Shown piece after piece: positions 57,258 to 64,000 of a stretch of 64,000 bases of DNA. Position numbers and translations under genes: made by a program. The notes under the pieces were generated by a model that was given only the letters and a program-made list of their open reading frames with translations, had not been told where the DNA came from and did no database searches. The stretch is from Obrimoposthia wandeli (lineage: Eukaryota), in NCBI GenBank assembly GCA_977020255.1, contig CDROCS010005781.1:62001-126000 (forward strand). The letters are read 5' to 3'. Within the stretch, counting starts at the first letter, position 1. Each line of letters begins with the position of its first letter.

Positions 57258-57774
57258 CAGGGGTTAGCGGCTTCGCCTTGATGCGGTTATTCATATCGCG
57301 GCTTTGGCGGATCAGCTCGTTGCCTTCTTCGGGCTGTTGAGATTTAGCAAGGCGATCATACAAAACGATATTGACCGTGGCTGCAAGATTCAAGCAACCG
57401 CGAGTGGGAATATAAACAACACTATCCGCTTTATTCACAATTTTTTGTTTTACCGTGCCATCTTCAGGGCCAAAAATATAAAAAGCATTATCAGGATGCT
57501 TAAAATTGGCTAATGATTCGGCATCTTCTGCCAATTCAATCACTACAATCTTGGCACCTTCTGGAGCGCTTTCTAATAAACAACTTACGCCGGTGAGCGG
57601 AATGTTTTTGCTCTGACTCTGTGTATCAGTACAGAAGGCCGCTGCACGGTCATAGCGCACGCCCGTATATAAAATACTGTTAGCCTGAAAGCAGCCAGCG
57701 GCCCTTAATACGGCACCGACATTGGTAGGGCTTTTGGGATTACTAAGGCCCAGGGTAACTTTAGAATGGCTCAT
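57232..57774 (-). CDS. TrmH/SpoU family RNA methyltransferase
   Basis: NPKSPTNVGAVLRAA, YIFGPEDG, CLNLAATVNIVLYDR. Confidence 0.92.
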   Translation of the reverse strand: MSHSKVTLGLSNPKSPTNVGAVLRAAGCFQANSILYTGVRYDRAAAFCTDTQSQSKNIPLTGVSCLLESAPEGAKIVVIELAEDAESLANFKHPDNAFYIFGPEDGTVKQKIVNKADSVVYIPTRGCLNLAATVNIVLYDRLAKSQQPEEGNELIRQSRDMNNRIKAKPLTPVSAEQNRR

Positions 57775-57976
57775 TCAGCAATGTATCTCGTATCTATGCG
57801 TTTAGGGAATAAGAAGATATTCGGGAGCATTATAATACATTTTTGAGGTGATCACTGAATAACAAAAACAACGCTATTACGGTCAATAAAGATGTAAAAA
57901 ACGGTTACTTCGTTCTTCTGACTTAGAGTCTTTATGCTAGTCTTTAGGGAACTATTCGATTGGCGCAATAATGTAG

Positions 57977-60520
57977 ATGTTGTTTAAGGAAAAGCTCAAA
58001 CATTCTCTAGCATACCTAGTACTGGCCCTGTTTATTATGCTGGTCTATCAGTATGTGGTTGCTATTTCAGATCCAACGCAAAACGCACTTCAGAATGGGC
58101 AAAAAGGTTTCCAGATTGATGAGGCATTTTTAATTGATACGAGTGGAGAGCTGACGCTGAGCCAATTATTGGCTGATCAATCATCACTCGTGCAGCAGCC
58201 GCTCAGTGAAATACCTTGGAGTTTTACCCAGCAAGCCTATTGGATTCATCTGGTAATACATAATAACAATCAGCACGGCGTTGATATCGTCAGTCATTTT
58301 TCCAATCCCATGCTGGAGCAGCTAACGGTTTATCAAGTATTAGCCAATACGCTGGTGGATGAAAAAAAATTAGGCTGGCAAGCACCTGAACTGGATAGAT
58401 TGAGTCGCAGCATTCCTTCGTATGAAGTTAAAATAGAAAGTGAGCAAGCGGTTGAGTTATACATTCGTATTGCAACTAAAGGCATCGCCAAAACGCCCAT
58501 TAACTTATACGTTAAAGATGATTACTCTAACCTAGTACGTTTTACCTTTTTGATCTGGGGAAGCTTTGTCGGCATTTTAATTGCGATGGCTTTATATAAT
58601 TTAGTCTTATTCTTAGGCTTAAAAGACAGCGTTTATTTATTGTATATCGGCTATATCACTTCGGTATTGATGATGTTGGGAGTCGTTATTGGTTTTGGCC
58701 ACTATATTTGGCCCGAAACTATTATTCGTTTTCTGCGTGAGAACATCATCGCCGTCAATACGTCTTTGATGATTTTTACTTTATCCTTTGCTTTATCCTT
58801 TTTTAATGCACTTGAAAATAAAACACGAACCGCCATTTTTTGCAGTGGTTATGTGGTCTATCTCATCGTATTTTCGTTCATTAGCATGTTCTTGCCAGAA
58901 TATATTGCAGCGCCCATTTTCTTTGTGAGCATGGCCTTTCTTTATCCTGCCGCTTTCTTTCTTATTGTTCAGCAATATAAAATTAATCATCAGTGGGCAA
59001 GGTTATATATTGCTTCTTGGGTGCCTCTAATTGTTGGTGGCACCCTTCAACCTATGGTCTTAACCGGAGTTATTGAAAATTCATTCATCATTCATCATGC
59101 GCTCATGATCGGTGTATTATTTGAAATTGTATTAATGGCCATGGCGCTGGCTAAGCGCATGCAATATAAAAAAGAACAAGCTTTGTATAATGCGACGCAT
59201 GAACCTGAAACTCGGTTGGCTAATACTCATTTTTTAGAAACTAAAATGAAGGCTCTATTAAAATCCGATCGTTGTTTTGCCGTCTGTATTATTGAAATCA
59301 CTGATTTTACCAGTTTGTTACCCTACATCAGTAATCGCGACAATAATGACCTAACGTTAATGGTCGCTCGTTCTATTGAAAGAAAACTCTATCATCAGGA
59401 TAACTTTTTAGTACTAGAACATGATAAAAACAAAACGACTAAGTTAGCAAAAATTAATGAAGGTGTTTTCGCTGTTCTTGTTGATATTACCTCTACGTCA
59501 CTAAAAGAGCAGGTACGTCTGAAAAAACAACTGGTTTTTTTACAGAATGACATGGCGCAGGGCGCACAGATCGGTAAGTTATTTATTAATCTTTCAACCA
59601 GTGTAGGTATCTCTCTGCTTGAACAACAGAAAAAAATATTACCGTCCGATATTATTAAACAAGCATATCAAGCATTAGAGAAAGGGAAGCGAGAAGGGAT
59701 GGGTTTTGGGGTTTATCAGCAAGAAGAAGCCTTTAATGTTGCGCAACGCTTAGCGTTAGCATCGGATTTGCAACAGGCCCTTAGAAATAACGAATTAGAG
59801 CTTTTTCATCAACCGCAAATAGATATCGATAAAAATATTGTTGATGGTTCGGAAGTCTTATTGCGCTGGCAGCATCGAGATTTTGGATTCATCGCCCCAG
59901 ATATATTTGTTAAACTGGCCGAAGATACCGGCATTATTAACGAACTAACCCTGTGGGTTGTTGATAGGGCGTGTCGTGATTTAGAAAAAATAATTAGCTT
60001 AGGTTATAACGATTATAATGTGTCGGTTAATATCAGTGGTAAAGATATTTCAGAACCTCACTTTTTGACTCATATTAAAAAGGTAATTGGTCAGTATGAA
60101 ATTCCGCTATCAAGCTTAACCTTTGAATTGACAGAATCGGTAATGGTCGATGATTTCCATCATCTAAGCCAAATAATGAATGAACTAGCCTCGTTGGGAA
60201 TACATGTCGCGATTGACGATTATGGAACCGGATATTCATCCTTGTTATACATTTCTCAGTTGCCCTTTAATGAACTTAAAATTGATAAAAGTTTTGTGAT
60301 GAATTTAGAACATTCAGAACGAGATTTGACCATTGTTAGAACTACAATCGAAATGGCAAAGAATTTAGGGTTAAAAGTTGTTGCTGAAGGAATTGAATCG
60401 AAAGCGATAGAAGAAATATTGAAGCTGCATGGTTGCCAAATAATGCAGGGTTACTACTACCAAAAACCAATAGGATTTAGCGAGTATTTATCTTGGTTGG
60501 CTCACTATCAAGTCGATTAA
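57977..60520 (+). CDS. 7TM-DISM receptor with degenerate GGDEF and intact EAL domain (c-di-GMP phosphodiesterase)
   Basis: Periplasmic DISM-like domain, 7 TM, no GGDEF motif, EVLLRW, ELTES, DDYGTGYSS, LKIDKSF, QGY. Confidence 0.88.
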   Translation: MLFKEKLKHSLAYLVLALFIMLVYQYVVAISDPTQNALQNGQKGFQIDEAFLIDTSGELTLSQLLADQSSLVQQPLSEIPWSFTQQAYWIHLVIHNNNQHGVDIVSHFSNPMLEQLTVYQVLANTLVDEKKLGWQAPELDRLSRSIPSYEVKIESEQAVELYIRIATKGIAKTPINLYVKDDYSNLVRFTFLIWGSFVGILIAMALYNLVLFLGLKDSVYLLYIGYITSVLMMLGVVIGFGHYIWPETIIRFLRENIIAVNTSLMIFTLSFALSFFNALENKTRTAIFCSGYVVYLIVFSFISMFLPEYIAAPIFFVSMAFLYPAAFFLIVQQYKINHQWARLYIASWVPLIVGGTLQPMVLTGVIENSFIIHHALMIGVLFEIVLMAMALAKRMQYKKEQALYNATHEPETRLANTHFLETKMKALLKSDRCFAVCIIEITDFTSLLPYISNRDNNDLTLMVARSIERKLYHQDNFLVLEHDKNKTTKLAKINEGVFAVLVDITSTSLKEQVRLKKQLVFLQNDMAQGAQIGKLFINLSTSVGISLLEQQKKILPSDIIKQAYQALEKGKREGMGFGVYQQEEAFNVAQRLALASDLQQALRNNELELFHQPQIDIDKNIVDGSEVLLRWQHRDFGFIAPDIFVKLAEDTGIINELTLWVVDRACRDLEKIISLGYNDYNVSVNISGKDISEPHFLTHIKKVIGQYEIPLSSLTFELTESVMVDDFHHLSQIMNELASLGIHVAIDDYGTGYSSLLYISQLPFNELKIDKSFVMNLEHSERDLTIVRTTIEMAKNLGLKVVAEGIESKAIEEILKLHGCQIMQGYYYQKPIGFSEYLSWLAHYQVD

Positions 60521-60557
60521 ATAAAAATCATTTTCCCAGACCGGATCGATATGATCT

Positions 60558-61418
60558 CTAGCGAGATTCTTTATCTTGATACATGAGTCTATCCGCATGA
60601 AGCAACAGCTCATCAGAATTATTGCCATTGATAGGGTAGGTTGAAAAACCAATACTACAGCGAATGTTAAGGCTTACCTGATCGACATTGATATCTTCGT
60701 GTAACGCGGCTGTTAGATTATCAATGACATGGGCAATATTTGATTTTTTAAACGTATTTTCAAGTAGAATTACAAATTCATCCCCACCAATACGAGCGGC
60801 CATATCGGATTTACGGATACAGGTCGATATGCGATCAGCGACTTCTTTAAGAACCTTATCCCCAAAGACATGACCATGGTTATCATTGATTTGTTTAAAG
60901 TGATCAAGATCGAAATACAGCAATGTAAACGCTGCTTTATTGCGCTCGTATTGGTCAATTAAATGATCTATTCGATCGAGAAGTAAGAAGCGATTAGGGA
61001 TTTGAGTTAAATGATCATATTGAGCCAAGTGACGTAATCGCTCGGTTTCATTGATGCGTTCAGTAATATCCCGATTAATCCCTAAAGCGCCTGTCATTTC
61101 GCCTGCGTCGTTTAAAATAGGAATGCACATAGATTCAATCCAACCAATTGAACCATCTTTGTGCATCATGCGGACTTCACCTACCCACTTTCCTGTTTCA
61201 GCAACGGCGGCTAAAACGTTGCTTGTGATGTGCTCAATATCACCAGGCACATGCAGAATACCTACAGGCTGACCAATAGCCTCTTCTTCGGTATAGCCAT
61301 ATAAGGATTCAGACCCTTTGTTCCAATCGATAATTATCCCTTGTTGATCCGTCACTACAACGGCATCAAAAAGATAGTTAAAGGCTTTTGCACGTAAAAG
61401 TAATTGATCAGATTTCAA
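60558..61418 (-). CDS. PAS-GGDEF diguanylate cyclase
   Basis: PAS domain, DHLTQIPNR, DLDHFKQINDNHGH, I-site RKSD, GGDEF. TTG start. Confidence 0.9.
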   Translation of the reverse strand: MKSDQLLLRAKAFNYLFDAVVVTDQQGIIIDWNKGSESLYGYTEEEAIGQPVGILHVPGDIEHITSNVLAAVAETGKWVGEVRMMHKDGSIGWIESMCIPILNDAGEMTGALGINRDITERINETERLRHLAQYDHLTQIPNRFLLLDRIDHLIDQYERNKAAFTLLYFDLDHFKQINDNHGHVFGDKVLKEVADRISTCIRKSDMAARIGGDEFVILLENTFKKSNIAHVIDNLTAALHEDINVDQVSLNIRCSIGFSTYPINGNNSDELLLHADRLMYQDKESR

Positions 61419-61589
61419 CGATTTATATCCACATTAATCATCATACAGGTAAAGAATAGCAACTAAATGCTAAACGCGCTGGTGAAAAGTAAGGATATTA
61501 TTTGATACCCGCCAGATTATGGCGATTCATTCAGTGGGTATGCCAATGTTTAAGCATACCCAAATTAAGTGTTTAGGTACGCTCAATGA

Positions 61590-62132
61590 CTAACGCTCAA
61601 TGAGTGGAATGCGATCTGTATTTTGTGACGCTGATAATTCAATCAATTCAATCATCTTGGTCTGAATCGCAAGCAAGTTTCGAGATTCTACAGCCTCTTC
61701 TAAAGGATGATTAATAGGCAAACCATAACTACGAAAACCCTTGCGAGTAGGAATAGACATCGACATAGGAATTCCTTGCGCGACACCGCCTCCAATTAAC
61801 TCAATGGCTCGGGCACTGGTCAATACTTCTTTAGGATCGCGTATTGGCTGAAAAATAATGCCATCTTCATCTGAACGTAACAAAATACCAGAGCGATCAG
61901 GTCGCCAGTTATCGTCTAGTTGTGCCATGAAACGCCATGCACAATGCCAGTCTTGGCATACAGAAGGTCTTTTTGTGTAGATTTTACAGCCACCTTTTTC
62001 CATCAAGTTAGAGCAAACTTGGTCGGCAGGTTTTTTAAAATCCTCATCGTCAATCAGCAGAACAACACAGCACGCTGTGCATTCTCCACATTCTCGACCA
62101 GGCACTAAATGCGATTCGTTTTCTTTACTCAA
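61590..62132 (-). CDS. YkgJ-like cysteine-cluster protein
   Basis: CGECTACC...C..L...GGCKIYTKRPSVCQDWHC. TTG start. Confidence 0.78.
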   Translation of the reverse strand: MSKENESHLVPGRECGECTACCVVLLIDDEDFKKPADQVCSNLMEKGGCKIYTKRPSVCQDWHCAWRFMAQLDDNWRPDRSGILLRSDEDGIIFQPIRDPKEVLTSARAIELIGGGVAQGIPMSMSIPTRKGFRSYGLPINHPLEEAVESRNLLAIQTKMIELIELSASQNTDRIPLIER

Positions 62133-62179
62133 TTTTTTTACCTAGCGTCTAATTAAGGCATGCGTAGCGTATTTTTTAG

Positions 62180-62413
62180 CTACTTCAGCCACTCTTCTAT
62201 TTCCTTTCTATCAGGCATAGATCCGGAGTGCACCAATTGGTTATTTATAACAACAGCTGGCGTACTCATTACACCGTATTCTAACATGACTTCGGGGCTG
62301 GTCTCCTTAACGACGTGTACTGAAATGCCACCATCATCGGCAACCGCTTGAATAAGCTCAGCAGTCTTCGTACATTTTTTACATCCACTGCCAAGTACTT
62401 TAATTTCTTTCAT
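62180..62413 (-). CDS. Small redox-active disulfide protein (thioredoxin family)
   Basis: IKVLGSGCKKC, YGVMSTPAVVIN. Confidence 0.9.
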   Translation of the reverse strand: MKEIKVLGSGCKKCTKTAELIQAVADDGGISVHVVKETSPEVMLEYGVMSTPAVVINNQLVHSGSMPDRKEIEEWLK

Positions 62414-62422
62414 GATCTTTCC

Positions 62423-63406
62423 TTATAACACATAGAGTATATTAATTATCCACCCGACTAGGGTGAATGACATAAGCAACAGCATAAAAATAATAGCCAG
62501 TAATTTCCAAGTCATTACCTGCTTTAATAATATGAACTCAGGGAAACTCGCAGCAACGGTGCTCATACAAAATGCCAATGTTGTGCCGAGTGGAAGACCC
62601 TTCACAATTAAGCTTTCCATAATCGGGATAATACCCGTGGCATTTGAATAGAGAGGAATCCCCGCTAATACGGCCATGGGTACAGACCACCACTGCCCGT
62701 TTCCTAGGTTTTCTTGAAACCATGTATCAGGCACAAAACCATGCAAGGCAGCACCTAACCCGACACCAATAAATACCCACTTCCAAACCCGCCCCAGAAT
62801 ATCCAGCAGCTCTTCTTTGGCGAAGTCGTGGCGCTCTCTAAATGAAAGCTTAGTTTTTGTGCTGTTATCATCATTAGAAAGATTGGCCGTTTGATAGGCC
62901 TTGAGCGCAAAAGGTTGCAGAAGCTTTTCTGCACGAATGAAGTCAAGAAAAATGCCCCCCGCGATCCCTACGGCCATCCCCACCAAGACATAAATAAGGG
63001 TTATTTCCCATCCCACCAAGCTCAACAACAGTAAAACGGCTACTTCATTAATAAGGGGGGAGGTTAAAAGAAATGACATCGTAATACCGACGGGTATACC
63101 AGCGGAGGTGAAGCCAAGAAAAATCGGTATGCTAGAGCAAGAACAAAAGGGGGTTATTGCCCCGAAAGTCGATCCCATAAAATAACCAAAGAATTTATTG
63201 TTTTTGGCTAAATAACCACGCACCCTCTCAATATTGAGCGAAGCGCGAATAAGAGCAATAATATAAATCATCAAAACAAGTAGGAAGAAGATCTTTGTTG
63301 TATCTTCGATGAAGAATTGAACGGCTCCACCCAGTTTAGAGCCTGACACTAAACCAAATACCGAGTAAGTCAGCCAATTAGCGAATGTGGTAAAAATGGA
63401 TAACAT
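62423..63406 (-). CDS. ArsP/DUF318 family permease
   Basis: GAITPFCSCSSIP, FLLTSPLINE, AGIPLYSNA, TVAASFPE. Confidence 0.9.
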   Translation of the reverse strand: MLSIFTTFANWLTYSVFGLVSGSKLGGAVQFFIEDTTKIFFLLVLMIYIIALIRASLNIERVRGYLAKNNKFFGYFMGSTFGAITPFCSCSSIPIFLGFTSAGIPVGITMSFLLTSPLINEVAVLLLLSLVGWEITLIYVLVGMAVGIAGGIFLDFIRAEKLLQPFALKAYQTANLSNDDNSTKTKLSFRERHDFAKEELLDILGRVWKWVFIGVGLGAALHGFVPDTWFQENLGNGQWWSVPMAVLAGIPLYSNATGIIPIMESLIVKGLPLGTTLAFCMSTVAASFPEFILLKQVMTWKLLAIIFMLLLMSFTLVGWIINILYVL

Positions 63407-63512
63407 AAACTTTCTCTGTCTCTATGGCCCTAGTCTATTCACTCTATAAGTATTGCTCGCAGGCATCAATCTTGTTTCTCAGTCTTTCAGCCAGAAACTG
63501 ACTTACCTCACC

Positions 63513-63696
63513 TTAGGGTCTAACAAAAATATCAATCCCTTTGTGAACCCCAGAGCTACCCCAAGGCTGATAGCAAAATGTATCTTTGTTCCAATCATTC
63601 ACTATTGCCCTGTTACTGACATGACCGTTTTCCGGGTAATAAAAATCCAATAGCCAGTACGATAAAAAGTGTGACGGAAATATCAGTAATTTTTTA
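63513..63696 (-). pseudogene. Frameshifted, truncated M23 metallopeptidase remnant
   Basis: Across frames: KKLLI / ISVTLFIVLAIGFLLP / VMSVTG / AIVNDWNKDTFCYQPWGSSGVHKGIDIF, then a stop. Retains the M23 HxxxD motif. Confidence 0.7.
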
Positions 63697-63729
63697 TATT
63701 ATAACCTTGTTGTAACGCATTGAATTGAA

Positions 63730-64000
63730 TTACGTATCAAAGACATACCGACCCTTTAATACATCTACGTTGGGTGGTCTTCTGTATTTGTTGAAGTAAT
63801 CATAACCTTCTTTCAAATTCAGCCAAAAAGGATACCACTGATGAGCGCTGTATTTTGAGAGTACGTTAGACTCAAGCTTAAAAGGGAATACATGCACTCT
63901 AAAAAAGGGCTGGCCTGATTTAAGCGCAGCAACAGAAAGAGCATAGATTTCATTGATATAAGCATCTGTCATTGCATAGCAGCCAATGGAAACACAATTA
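63730..64000 (-). CDS. YafK/DpaA-like L,D-transpeptidase family protein (5' end outside the window)
   Basis: The frame is open to the window end: NCVSIGCYAMTDAYINEIY...VHVFPF...FWLNLKEGYDYF. Confidence 0.88.
   Translation of the reverse strand, partial: NCVSIGCYAMTDAYINEIYALSVAALKSGQPFFRVHVFPFKLESNVLSKYSAHQWYPFWLNLKEGYDYFNKYRRPPNVDVLKGRYVFDT

Noticed and set aside
1-64000. tRNA, rRNA, tmRNA, prophage or intact IS elements
   Set aside because: No tRNA T-loop/cloverleaf, rRNA-like tract, phage structural gene, transposase or integrase was recognised by eye; tRNAscan and ISEScan would confirm.

Overview
A 64 kb chromosomal window from a marine gammaproteobacterium. The core gene order is Pseudomonas-like, and an Oceanospirillales-type host is my inference. 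Core blocks: pcnB (partial), cbrB-cbrA-cbrX, gluQ, dksA, aminotransferase, sfsA; psd-rhodanese-HDOD-motAB-rsgA-orn; argA-argE-CYTH-GspE; hldD-hldE-waaA; tolC-nudF-yqiB-cpdA-yqiA. The most notable non-core signals are: (1) two tandem CrcZ-like A-rich sRNA candidates between cbrB and pcnB, each with its own sigma54 promoter, IHF site and CbrB-type boxes, and sharing a 15-nt non-A-rich motif; (2) a translationally coupled pair of full-length paralogous exported proteins (13276-14754 and 11457-13283) with long Gly/Ala-rich hydrophobic helical regions and no family I can recognise; (3) an integrase-less integron cassette array (CALIN) with 8 attC sites at about 35.7-40.0 kb, plus an eroded attC after a glutaminase gene; (4) a decayed island between motB and rsgA holding a Fic protein, a collapsed relBE-type toxin-antitoxin pair and a 12-bp tandem repeat, next to a multiply frameshifted rsgA 3' end; (5) a 44-bp palindrome with a FabR-like core over the desaturase operon promoter and RBS, and a MerR-type 19-bp-spacer promoter. 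I saw no rRNA, tRNA, CRISPR array or intact transposase or integrase. All family assignments come from motif recognition, not database searches.
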